Positions 27,373-40,200 of a stretch of 64,000 nt of DNA are shown one piece after another. The notes under the pieces are model-generated. The model did no database searches and was not told the DNA's origin. It saw only the letters and a program-made list of their open reading frames with translations. This stretch comes from Eledone cirrhosa (lineage: Eukaryota). Numbering within the stretch: position 1 is the stretch's first letter; each line of letters starts with the position of its first letter. The translations under genes were made by a program, and so were the position numbers. The DNA is taken from assembly GCA_964016885.1 (NCBI GenBank), contig OZ024741.1, forward strand, positions 34,162,001 through 34,226,000. Reading direction: 5' to 3'.

Positions 27373-29531
27373 TTATTATTATATCAGAAACAATTATTGT
27401 TGTTAATGTGAAAAAAAAGTTAATTAGATTCTCCATCAAAAGTGTTAATTATGTTTGTAAATTAGCTGGCCTGCTCAACTTTCAAAATTGAATATCAATT
27501 TATTAATTTTCTCAAGTAGAATGTTGTTGTTGTTTGTGGTGGTGGTGGTGGTAGTGGTGGTATTTGCTGGTAGTGGTGGTGGTATTTGCCAGTGGTGTTG
27601 GAGATGGATGGTTGTGATTTTGCTGGTGGTGATGTTGTTGTTTCTGGCAACGACAGCAAGTGTGGTGGTGGTGGTGATTGTAATATTTGGAGATGGATGG
27701 GGGTTTGTTGTTAGTTGTGGTGGTGAGGTGTTGTTGGTGGTAGTGGTAGTTTTTTTTTGTTAGGGGTTACTGTGGTTACTGAGTACTCCACAGTCATGTA
27801 TATATAGTTTTTAAGGGGATCCAGCATAACACTGTGTGACAAGGCTGGCCCTTTGAATTACATATCTAATTCATTTCTACCAGCTGAGTGGATTGGGGTT
27901 AACAATGTCTTCCACAAGGACACGGCCTGCCAGGAATTGAACATTTGGCTTTACGGCCTAACCACCGCGCCGAACGCCCTAACCACCATGCCATGCACCT
28001 TCTGGATAGAATAAAATTTCACATCGAAACAATGTTGATATCATTGTTGTATTGTTTGTTGTCATTGTTGTTGTTTGTTGTTATTTGTTGTTGTTTGTTT
28101 GTGTCATCTGTAAATTGCATCTCTTTCTCCTCAGTGAAAGGTCAAAAGCTGTTAATTAGTCCTGCTTTGACCTCTTTATGGTGGCCATATTGTTTAGAGA
28201 TTTTAACCTTTACAATAGAAACACTTGTCTGCTATAGAAACATAAACACAAACACGCACACAGCATCTTTCCATTATACACGCACATACATATTGTATCT
28301 CATACACACATACTCACAGTATCTTATCCATCATACACACACACACACACAGTATCTTATCCATCATACACACACATACACACCGTATCTCATACACACA
28401 CTCAGAGTATCTCATCTGCACACGCACACATACTCACACAATCTCATCTACACACATACACAGTATCTCATCCACACACACTCTCATACATGTGCAGACT
28501 ATCACAAACGCACACATACACAGTTCAGCTATATACACACATACATTATGTAATATACACACATATGCATACACAAAAACACAAAACATTTGTGGACATA
28601 GACATACATGAATGTTGATGATGACGATGATGATGATATATATATATTGTACTGTTGGATTTCACTTCAATTTATTATAAACCCTCAGTCGGTTGGTTTA
28701 ATAACTGATGGTTGTTGATTGTCAAAGCTCTTTCATCACACATTCTGTGACCCCCTCAGTGACTAATTTTGTTATTTTGTGTCTTTGTTCCGTCCTACAC
28801 CACCTTGTTTTTGTGAGCTGTGTCTGAAGATTGTCATATTTTTGATACAACTAAAAGGGCCTGTCAATCATCTGTTTGGCAAGCTTTCTATGACTGGATG
28901 CCCTTCCTATCACCAACCATTTTACAGCATGTACAAGGTGCATTTATAGAGCAGCAACACTTAATGTATATATGTGTGTGTGTGTGTCTGTCTGTCTCTG
29001 TGTGTGTGTCTCTGTCTGTCTATGTGTGTGTGTAGTGAAGGCATATGGCCTAGTGATTAGATTCCACCAGGTAGTGTGTTGTGTCCTTAAGCATGACACT
29101 TTATTTCACATTGCTCTAGTCTACTCTGCTGGTAAAATTGAGTTGCAACAACACTGAGGAGCTTTCCTGGAGCAAAGTGTTGGTCAGTCATGAGAGATGC
29201 GACCCTTATGCGAATGGTTGAGGTGGTATATAGCTTCTTACTTCAGAAGAGCAGTAATTGTTATATTACAGGTAGAAGAAACAGTGAGTCATGACATTAT
29301 ATATATGTGTGTGTGTGTCTGTGCGCACATATATATGTATGTATATACATGTGTGTGTATATATATATATTTGTATACACACACAATATACCTGATATTT
29401 TTGATATTATATGCCATCAATATCTTCAGGATAATATCATCAGGTGTGCGCTTAATGTGTGCATTTAGATTACCTTCCTCAAGGGATGTAGTTGTTTAAT
29501 GTTGTTTGCCCAGTAAAATAATTATAGCTTA

Positions 29532-29573
<42 letters not shown>

Positions 29574-30599
29574 TTCCATTCAGCTGATGTACACCTGTAA
29601 AGTTATGTATGTATCTAATCTTGCCTGTATATCTGTCTGCCCTCCCTTCCCCACCTTTCTCTCTCTATCTCTCCCTCTCTCAATATATATATATATATAT
29701 ATATATAATCTTGATCTCCTCTGACAGTTATTTATGGATTTGCTGTGGCTATATATTTATATATATATATATATATATATATACAAACACACACATATAA
29801 TCATCATCATCATCATCATCACCGTTTAACGTCCATTTTTCCATGCTAGCATGGGTTAGACGAATTATCTCACTGTGAGACAAGCCAGATCAGATGACTG
29901 TGTCTTGCTTATACAGAACTGTTTCTAGCTTGGTTTCTATGGCTGGATGTCCTTCCTAACGCCAACCATCTTTACAGTATATATACATGTGTGTGTTTGT
30001 TGTCTGTGTACCTAAACATGTACAGTATGTATGTCTGTAGTAACTACAGACAATAAATGTGTGACAGATCTGTCTTTGTGTGTGGTCAAGGCCATAGACT
30101 ATGTCAACCCCCCCTCCCCCTACATGTATGTAGAGGGGAGATAGATGTCATCATATAGCGTGCTCCTTTTCTCTATCCCCACCCCAATGATGGAAGGCTG
30201 AGTCAAACCTGAGTGAGATTTGAACTTAAGGATGTAAGTAAATACCCTGTTGATACTAAACCAACTGAACCCCCACCCGACCATGTTTTTTATGATACAA
30301 AACTATATATTTTATCTTAAAGTGTTTATATTTATCTAAGAATTGTTCAATTATAATTTTATGTAAGAATCTTTGTTCCATCTTAATGAAAAAATTAGTT
30401 ATTTTCCTAAATCCATTTAAATTCTTGATTATTTTAAAAATGATTTGAAAATTATAGGCTGTCTTTCATTGGATATTTGGTAATGAAAGGGTTAATCCTT
30501 CACTTGAGGTCTGCAAAAGAATTAATAATAATAATAGGCTCTAATTTATGCACAAGGCCAGCAATTTTACTCCATTATTTGACACTTTATTTTATCAAC

Positions 30600-30808
30600 T
30601 TAACCCTTTAACATTTAAACCAACCATATCCGGCCAGAATTCTCTCACCTCTTTCTGTTTTAACTGGCTGTCACCAGCCACTCATCCTGATGTTAAAGTA
30701 TTGTTCTCAAAATAAATAATATCAAAATCTCATAGATTATGTGAGGTAAAGCCTTAACTGTAAAAATACAATAGTATATATAGAGTAATGTAAATGGTAA
30801 AGGGTTAA
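30600..30808. mobile_element. TTAA-flanked MITE, second family
   Basis: TTAACCCTTTA...TAAAGGGTTAA; same family as 38603-38817 and the partial copy at 17590-17788. Confidence 0.8.
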
Positions 30809-30935
30809 AGGTAAAAGCAAAGTTGGCCATACTAAGATATGAACTCAGAGATGAATGACCAGAACAAATAACACAAGGCATTCTGTTAATGGTTTTATGA
30901 TGCTTCCAATACAGTAAATAGTAATAATAATAAGG

Positions 30936-31398
30936 GTTTCTGATTTCGGCACAAGGCCAGCAATTTTGGGGCAGGTAAAGTCAATTAAATCGACCCAGTG
31001 TGTTACTGGTACTTTATTTTATCACTCCATATGGACGTGAAGGTGTGTGGCTGTGTGGTTAGAGAATTAGATTTGCAATCGTGAGGTTGTGAGTTCGATA
31101 CCCAGACCGGGCGATGCATTATGTCCTTGAGCAAGACACTTTCACATTGTTCCTTCTGTCCGGATCTGTGACGGGTAGATAGTATTAGCAATTGGAAAGA
31201 CCAATGGAAGCATTTTTTCCTCAGTCTGATTTGATGAGTGCCACTCCACTCGTTAAGTGAATGAGGTCAGGGATCTTGTCGATTGACTGTTATGTGGATG
31301 AAAGGCAAAGCTAACCTTGGCGGGATTTGAACTCAGAACATAAAGGGCCGTAACTGTGTCACAAAGCATGTTGTCCGACGCTCTACCAATTACTACCA
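30936..31398 (-). mobile_element. SINE family 1 interrupted by a + strand SINE family 2 (31037-31294)
   Basis: The family 1 core splits at TATGGA / TGTGGATGAAAGGC. The insert has GAGTTCGATACC and GTCCTTGAGCAAGACAC. Confidence 0.7.
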
Positions 31399-31516
31399 AA
31401 GGATTTTTAATTTAGGCACAAAGCCAGTTATTCGTGGGGATGTGAGTGTTAATTATACTGATCCAGTACTTTACTGGTACTTTATTTTATCTTTTTCAGA
31501 AGGATGACCAGCAAAT

Positions 31517-31790
31517 TTGACCTCTAGGAGATCTAAAATCTAGAGCTGAGATTCTAATTGTTGACCTCTGGGTGATCTAAGCCCCAGAGCTGACATTCTA
31601 ATAGTTGACCTCTGGGGTATCTTAACCCTAGGGCTGACATTCTAATAGTTGACCTCTGGTGGGATCATAGCCCTAGAGCTGACATTCTAATAGTTGACCT
31701 CTGGGTGATCTAAACCCTAGAGCTGACATTCTAATAGTTGACCTCTGGGGTATCTTAACTCTAGAGCTGACATTCTAATAGTTGACCTCT
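31517..31790. repeat. ~44-bp tandem repeat, ~6 copies
   Basis: Unit TTGACCTCTGGGGTATCTTAACCCTAGAGCTGACATTCTAATAG. Confidence 0.92.
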
Positions 31791-34194
31791 TAACCCCTGT
31801 GTGCATCCATGCTCTTGGGCCCTTAACTCCTGATGAAATCATAGGGGCATTTAAAACTCTGTATGACCCATCATTCTCCATGTCAGAACACAGTCGATAT
31901 CCCCGAGAGAGAGTGAGAGAGAGATAGTGTGTGTGTAGATATAGAGGAGGAATTGACCCCAGTATTGAGCTGGTATTTTGTTTATCATCCTCAAAAAGAT
32001 TAAAGCCAAAGTTGACCTTGGTGTGGTTTGAACTCGGAGCACAGAACTGGAAATACTGCTAAGTTTTTTATCCGACATTCTAATGACACAATGTCACACC
32101 CTACCCATAGGTACTTAACTGGTAAATTATTTAATGTTTTATATTTTCCAAATGGATGAAAGTCAGTCCGGCCTGGGATTTGAACTCAGAATCTAAGCAA
32201 AAAACACTCAAAACATGCGTTCGTATGCACACGTGTAAATATGACTGTGTGTGTCCCAGCACCCCTCCTCCTGTAATCCTGTCCCCAACACCGCCACCAT
32301 ATAGTTACAGCAGTAATATTAGATGCATGACCTATATAATGATAATGTTCATCTCACCTGACCTACTTTTTTATCATAACTGTTGACCTCTGACATTAAA
32401 CAACTAACATCATCACTAGAGGTCTCTCTCCCCCTCTTCCCTTCTCTACTACTACTGCCCTCAATTGTACAGTAGTTGTGGTAGTTGTAATGGTGTTTGT
32501 ACTTGTGGTGGCTATAAGTGTGATTGTTGTACTTGTGGATGTAGTAGTGGTGGTGGTAGTTATAGTTGCAGTAGTAATGTTGTAGTTGTAGTCATGGTAT
32601 GAGCTGTAGTAGTGGTGGTGGTTATAGTTGTAGTAGGTGTAGTGGTTGTGGTGGTAGTTGTAGTAGTTGTAGTGGTTGTGGTTATAGTTGTGGCTGTCGG
32701 CCTGATGATTGTAGTAGCAGATGTGGAAGTTGTTGTTGTTGTGATGGTGGTGGTGGTAGTGGTGGTTGTAGTTAGGGTGATATTTGTGGAATTGTGGTGG
32801 TGGTGGTGGTGGTAGCTCTGCTTCTTTTCTCACACACCACTCAAGTTGTAAAGACCTTCCTCTCTCTATTCCCCCTCTCTATCTATCTATCTCTCCCTCA
32901 CATATACTATGTTCTTTTTCTAAACCCCCTCCCCCATATCTTTTATATAAAACTACCAATAAATAATGGGTCTGATTGGGAACTGCAGCCAGGGGCCCTA
33001 CCAAATCTAAAATACCCCCAAAATTAATGATTTTGCTACCATAAATACGACACAAGCCGCACCGCCCATACTCTAATGAAATGTTCAGCCAGGGGCCCCA
33101 AGCGAGCTTTATCATTCCCCTGCCAGTTAAGTAAAAAGAGGGGTTCATTCTATAATACACTGGAAGTCATCCCAATTATCCAAACATACTTTTATTGACA
33201 AATTATTTGGGTATTGTTGTTGGTGTTGTTGTTGCTAGTATTGTTGTTACTGTTGCTGGTATTGTTGTTGTTGCTGGTATTGTTGTTGTTGTTGCTGGTA
33301 TTGTTGTTGTTGTTGGTATTGTTGTGGTTTGCTTTAAAGAATCTCTTCGTTAAAAAGTTTTTAAATGAGAAACGCGAATAGAATGATAATGTATCTATGT
33401 TCGCTTTTTTCTATCACTCCATCTCTCTCTGTCTCTCACTCACTCTCTATCCTCCCCCTCACATACACATGCCCACCTTTCACTATCACTTTCTCTCTCT
33501 TACTCATTCTTTTATTATGAGTTAAATCCTGCTAGGATGGATATTTCATTTTATTGTACCGGTAATACTCTGGGATTGACTCAGTGAACCATACACCTGC
33601 TTTTTCCCTTTTTTAAAACAAACAAAAACAAGGTGCTCATGACCCCAAATGAGGATTTAGTATTTGACTGACATTGTATGGCCCTAGGCCAGGTCTGATC
33701 CAGTAGATGGCACACAGGGTACAGGGTAATCCACATTTTATATAGCCCCAGGCCAGCTCCTCTCCAGTAGACGAACATCACACTGGTAGTCTAAAGCTGA
33801 CCAACTAAACTCAGTGTGGGATATACCATATCTGAGGACTATCCCTGCACACTGTGACATTCAGTGATAAATCATGTGGTGTGCTGTAGAAAGCTTGGAT
33901 ATATTGAACTCTGTTCAACTGTTTGGTTTATTTCTGTACATCCATTGATTCTGATAATAATCACTGCAGAGGCTGGCCTGGTTGTATTGCTCAAGTTGTA
34001 TTGTTAGTGGTGTACATGGCAGCAGAGTAGCCATTAATGTACGTCTTCTCTATGCTGCTCTGTACTGAGTGAAACAAATACGAGTTCCACTTCGCAATCA
34101 TTAGGTCTAATGTTAGGGCTGGCTGTGTTGCGTCTTGGACAAGTACCGTTTACCATAGCCTCGCATCAACCTGTGCCTTGTGAGGGAAATTGGG

Positions 34195-34293
34195 TAGACG
34201 CGTGTGTGCGAAGTGCGATGCTGCATGGCAGTGAAACATGTGTTGAGAGACTGCAGAGGACAGGCATAGACTGGAGAGAAATGAAGTAACCAT
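34195..34293 (+). pseudogene. Small RTE ORF remnant
   Basis: DACVRSAMLHGSETC..AEDRHRLERNE. Confidence 0.7.
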
Positions 34294-35713
34294 ACTTATG
34301 AAAGCATTTCTTCGGGAAATGTTATGCATACAGCTTATATATATATATATATATATATATATGCTGTATATAATTATTAAGGCTAAAAAGTGAGTCTCGT
34401 TATTCTGCACTTACGCCTGTTTATCACAGGGTCATCAGACACGTTCTTGTAACTCCAGAGTAACAAGACTCTATTTAGCATATATATAATGTGTGTGTGT
34501 ACAGCAAAATATAATTTCAATGCACACACACACACACACATATGTGTGCGTGTGAACTGGCGTATATTTTGTGTCCTATCATTTCATATAACGTAACACC
34601 AGTATGAGTTTCGTTTTTCTCTCTCATAACGTTTTATATTTCAGTCAGATAGAATTAAGTTGGTTTCTTTTTTATATTATTATTACTTCATTTATTTACT
34701 TCCTCAGTTAGAGATATTGTAAAAATTATATTGGCAGACATATATTATATTTCTGTTTATTACTTCTATCACCTTTATTTCAATCTAATGTTAAGCTTAT
34801 AGAAAGTGGTGCTATTTTCTGTTTACATTTAGACGTATTCAACGTAAAAAGAACAACAAAAGACCTCATATGTATCTGAATTATGATATAACATATATAT
34901 ATTTCTCTTTCGTTATCTCTGATATCAAAGCTATAAAAACCTTCAAAGTGATATAGCTGTAAGTTGTGATAGGTTATTATTTTATTGTAGATATTCAATA
35001 TTTTATTATAAATGGTTGCTTTCTTGTAAGTCGCTATTAATTTAAATTCTAGGCTAAAATTTAATAACAGTTGTAAAATCTGTTTGCTTGTTTTTTTTTG
35101 TGATTTGATTTTGTTTTTACTTGTTGAGTGTTTATTAAAACTTTCCATGAACCCATCTAAATATATGACAAATGAAATATTTTTTTTATAAGGTGGGGTG
35201 TAAACATCGTTTGTTTAAGCCTGGATTGTCAGCCAGCTAACGCCATATTTGATCACAGCTCAACTCGTGATCCACACACAACATAACATTTCTCCTTCTT
35301 CCCTAACTGGTGATTCTGACTAAAGTGGTCATGTGTTATAGTTACAATGTGAACAATGACTTCTTGTGCATGCAGTTTACACACACATACACAAAATAGC
35401 TGACTAAATGCACACGAGCTTTTCTACTTTTTTTTTTTTGTTGCTTTTCCTTTCTCCCTTCTCTTACTCTTGTCTATCCTATTTCTTCTATCTCTTATTC
35501 TATATTCTGGAGAAGGACTAACGTCCAAAACGTCAAGACTCTTTTATTATATATACAAATTAATGTATATATATCAAAATTGTACTATGCTGTTTTGTGT
35601 TGTTTTCTCTTGTTGACTTTTCGCACACACGCATTCACACCCATGCACATACACGCACACGCATACACACATATACATATATTCTTCATACCTTTGTCTA
35701 TTTCTATTTACAG

Positions 35714-35825
35714 GGTCTGGATTCTGATGGCAGTAATACAGGAACAGTTCGACGTCGAAATAAAACAGTGGTGACACCAAAGATGGCAATGGAAAGTTTC
35801 AGATTATCTTTTCTTAACAATGAAG
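35714..35825 (+). CDS. Probable internal exon of an unidentified host gene
   Basis: TTTCTATTTACAG acceptor and GAAG/GTAAC donor; 112 nt of unique sequence; phase-0 frame reads GLDSDGSNTGTVRRRNKTVVTPKMAMESFRLSFLNNE. Confidence 0.65.
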
Positions 35826-35985
35826 GTAACAACATTGTTTAGTTTTTAGAGGAGGGGTGTTTTTTTTCTTTTATGTTGGATGCAGGCTTTTTAGTTGATG
35901 TCATCTTAAGAGAGCAACATTTCTAAGGTGGGCTCAAGAAACATCACATTGCTGCTAAAAAGTACATGCAAGTATTGGTAGTCAT

Positions 35986-36037
<52 letters not shown>

Positions 36038-36204
36038 TCATCATTGTAAAGATAGATCTTATTGCCCTTAACCATTTCATATGTTTTCTGTTGTTTTTTA
36101 ATGAAATATACAGCAAGTTTCAAGTAATTTTAAACGCAATAAAAAGGTTTAGGATTACTTACTCTTTTCATTTATTAATATTAAATTAGTGTTTCGAACA
36201 TAAC

Positions 36205-36250
<46 letters not shown>

Positions 36251-36524
36251 CCAACTTAAACAGCTTCATATGCAAATGAGATTAATCACCTCATTTACAC
36301 ACAAAAAAACTATATTTTCAGCTGTTTACAAATGCCGGCAGTTGCAAGAGTGAGAGGGGTCGTCCTGGCGAGAACCAGTTGAGTTCGAAATGGATCGACA
36401 ATTGTCCCCCTTGCTTCTGCTGAACACCGCTTGGTAGCATTGGCTGTCAGTGTTATTCATAGCAATGGCTTTCTAAATGTTCATTTATAAACATACCGTA
36501 CTTCTTTAGAAATACGAAATTTAA

Positions 36525-36565
<41 letters not shown>

Positions 36566-37742
36566 TGGAACAGTCAACTTTATATAGTGGGATTGAACCT
36601 TGAACTATGCAATTGCAAAGTAAAGTCGTTACCCACACAGCCATGCCTGCACCCAACAAAACTACCAGTGGGTTGAGTTCACGTATTAAGTATTGGGTTA
36701 AGTTCAGTTGCTTATAACATGTTACAGGCTGATTAACAGAAAAATCAATGACTTACTCTAACGAAGGATACTTACTCTCTCTCTCCTTGAAAATAATGAT
36801 TCCATATTGTGAATTATTTCTGTTTCTTCTATAATCATTATCTTCCTTTCTTTCTTTCTTTCTTCTTCTCCCCCCCCCCCTATCTCCTAACTTCCTTCCT
36901 CATTCCGGCTTTCACACCCCAACCTCTTCCCTCAATCTATTACTACCTGCCAGCTTCAGTTTATTATTAATCAAGATACCCCCAATTATCGTTATACATG
37001 GATGTATGTGGGTGGATGGGTAGTTGCTTATGTGCACCACTAACACTATCATCATCATCACCACTGCCACAACTATCATCATCATCAACACCACAACCGC
37101 CACATCCATCACCATCACTACCCCACCACCACAACCATAACTATAACTACCACCATCACAACCACAACCACCACCACCATTGCACTCACACATACATATA
37201 ATATCAATAAGCCCTAGCTACACTAATCAGTGCCACATCTGAAGGTTCCATTGCAGCAGTGACTACTACTACTACTACTATTACAGCATCCTAACATTTG
37301 ATCATAGTTCTACTTGTACTTGTGGCAGTGTTCACCTGGTGTGGGTTGAGCCAGCTCCATTGAAGGAATTCATGGTGTAAGTTCATTTCAATGGAGTTTC
37401 TTCAGGTGTTTGGTTTCACAAGTGGTGCCCATCCACAAGTATATCTACTTTAGGATAGTGCAATCTAAGCATTACATTGGTTATAGTGCTGAGCTCTCGT
37501 TTTCACACAACTCAATTTGGTGGAGCCAGTGTGGTGATGGGGATGCATGGGAGGGAGTTTGGCCAGCAGAGGCAATAAACACAACCTATTTGAGCCATTT
37601 TGTAGGCCAGCAGGAGCTCACCCCACAGCCCAGCTCAGGCATATCAACCCTCAGATTTGCTTAAACAGGATTGATCTAGGTTTAAATAACAAAAGCAACA
37701 ACAGCCTAATAAGCACTAGTCCTTTTTCTTTCTTTTCACAAG

Positions 37743-37754
37743 AATCAGTTCAGA
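37743..37754 (+). CDS. Candidate 12-nt microexon
   Basis: CTAAT, a long pyrimidine tract and ACAAG acceptor; AGA/GTTAGT donor. Frame-preserving and open in the phase left by 35714-35825 (ESVQ). Confidence 0.25.
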
Positions 37755-38215
37755 GTTAGTCTAAAGAAATATGTAACAGGCATTTTTGGTGTGAGTGTGA
37801 GCATGTGTGTATTGTGGTGGGTATACATGTGTATACATACATATATGTATAGATGTGTATGTGTGTATGCATATGTATGTGTCTGCTGATGTCTAAATAT
37901 GTGGATGTGTGCATGTGTAGATTACTATTATATGTGAAATGTGTGTTCATATCTGAATGTGTGTGTATGTATGTATAACTGTTGTATGGGAAATGTGTGT
38001 TCATATCTGAATGTGTGTGTGTGTATATTCATATCTGAATGTGCATGTATGGATGTATACATGTATGTTCAAATGAATGTATGTGTATGTTTTGAACTGT
38101 ATGTGTGTATGCATATATTGGCATTATAGTAAGTGAAATGTGATGCTATGGTTTAGTAAACGCCTGATAGGTGTGTGAATATTGCAGCTGTGTAGCACAG
38201 CGTATATACTACTAC

Positions 38216-38252
<37 letters not shown>

Positions 38253-38479
38253 TAGTATATATATATGTATGTGTGTATGTTGTATATGTATCAGTTGTAA
38301 AAATACCTTCTAGTAATCACCTCAAAAAATCAAAACTTATTTTATACCATAAAAAGATAAAAAATAAGTGAATTCTCCATCAATTAGAAAGAAGAATGTT
38401 CTATTTGTTCAATCAACAGGACTGCCTACACATTGGATTAATGTATAAGTGGCCGAGCATTCCACAGACACATGACCCC

Positions 38480-39232
38480 TTAACCCTTTATATGTCAGCT
38501 CGGCCAATACCAGCTCTGGTTCTATAAAATACAGCCACCTATTTTAAAGGTTTCCAATTTATATTAAAATCTTCCAACATAATTTTATATAAGAACCTCA
38601 CATTAACCCTTTAATGTTCAAACCGGCCAAAACCGGCCAGAATTCTCTACCTTTTTCTGTTGAAACTGGCAGTAACTGGTCACTCAAACTGATGTTAAGG
38701 TATTTTTCTCAAAATAAATACTTTCAAAATCTCATAGATTCAATATTATGTGAGATAAAGCATTTACCATGAAAATATAATAGTATATGTAGAGTAATGT
38801 GAATACTAAAGGGTTAAGTTACTATCTTAGCAATGAAATAATTAATAATTTTAGTAAACCCCTCAAAATTCTTCATTAATTAATTGGCAGTATCGGTAGA
38901 GGGTTGGACGCCATGCTTTGCAGCACAGTTACATCCCTTTACGGACTCAGTTCAAATCCCGCCGAGGTTAACTTTGCCTTTCATCCTTACGGGGTCGATA
39001 AAATAAAGTACCAGTAATGCACTGGGTAATTGCTGGCTTTGTGCCAAATGTAGAAACAATTAATTAATTAAAATTCCGCCAAGGTTAACTTTGCCTTTCA
39101 TCCTTACGAGGTCCATAAAATAAAGTACCAGTAATAAACTGGGATAATTGCTGGCCTTGTGCCAAAAGTAGAAACAATTAATTAATTAAAATAGCTTGTA
39201 TTTCATTAGAAATACAATCATGAAAGGGTTAA
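38480..39232. mobile_element. Nested TTAA MITEs plus SINE family 1 copies
   Basis: Outer element TTAACCCTTT..AAAGGGTTAA; inner element 38603-38817 with a duplicated TTAA; SINE copies at 38883-39060 and 39073-39178. Confidence 0.8.
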
Positions 39233-39796
39233 TACAGTCATGAAAGAGTTAATATAATCGCTAGGCAGAATATTGACACAAACAGTCCTCCGTGGATTAA
39301 TAGTATAAGGGGCTGAGTGAGGAGTACTCAACCAGGTGTAACCTTATTGTACTCCCCAGGCAGAATCAGTGTGATACTGTGTATATGATAGGAGTGGAAC
39401 TTTTAATTGCAAGTACAGTTTCCATCTTCCTGCTTTCACCCACAAGGTTTATGCTGACTTAGGGCTGGGGCTATCCCTAAATACACTCCCCTCCACCATC
39501 ACTCAATATCCTATTTAGATCTCTGATTCCCCTTTCCTTGGCCAGCCATACCAACTTCAAATGTTTGGTGCCACCCACCCTCCACCCCAGTTGTATCTCT
39601 TCCTTTGCAAGAAGCATAGTCTTTTGTTATATTGTTACAGTCTGTATAGATTCCATAGGTCAAGATAGCCAAAATATTGACCAAATATTGGCAATGTTGA
39701 GTTTGGCAGGATTTGAACTGAGAATGTATAGAGTCATAAATATTGACCCAATATTAGCAATGTTGGGCTTGGCATGATTTGAACTGTAAATGGATC

Positions 39797-40200
39797 ATGA
39801 ATCTTGGGTAATGACCGAAAGTCTAGGATCACAAATACAAGTGGCCGAAATGGGGTTCCTTCAGAGGGTCTTTAGTGTCTTTACTCGATAAAGTACCTAG
39901 CTCAGAGATGAGAGAGTCACTCCAGGTAGAGCAGCTGCTTCTCCGAATTGAGAGATCACAACTCCGATACTATGGGCATGTGGTTAGAATGTCTCAGGAA
40001 AGAATCACTGGACAGATTTTACAGGCAAAACCAACCAGCAGGAGACCCAGAGGTAGACACCGAGCAAGATGGTTGGATAACAACCATGAGCTTGGCTGGT
40101 CACACTTGGGGATCCAGCCGGATCAGTTGAAGATGGTTGCTTCTGACAGAAACTGTTGAAAGGAGTGTTTGAGGACTCTGCCCCCATAACCCTCTCAGGA
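39797..40200 (+). pseudogene. RTE-clade LINE 3' ORF remnant
   Basis: SQIQVAEMGFLQRV..LLRIERSQLRYYGHVVRM..RRPRGRHRARW. Confidence 0.85.

Noticed and set aside
32260-32312. Possible exon with a PPPY motif
   Set aside because: Poor pyrimidine tract, weak donor, and phase incompatible with the other candidate exons.
35240-35335. YY1-like CGCCATATTT and E-box as a promoter; also CRE-like TGACGTCA at ~40822 and ~51368
   Set aside because: Short motifs expected by chance in 64 kb, with no independent evidence for a transcription start.
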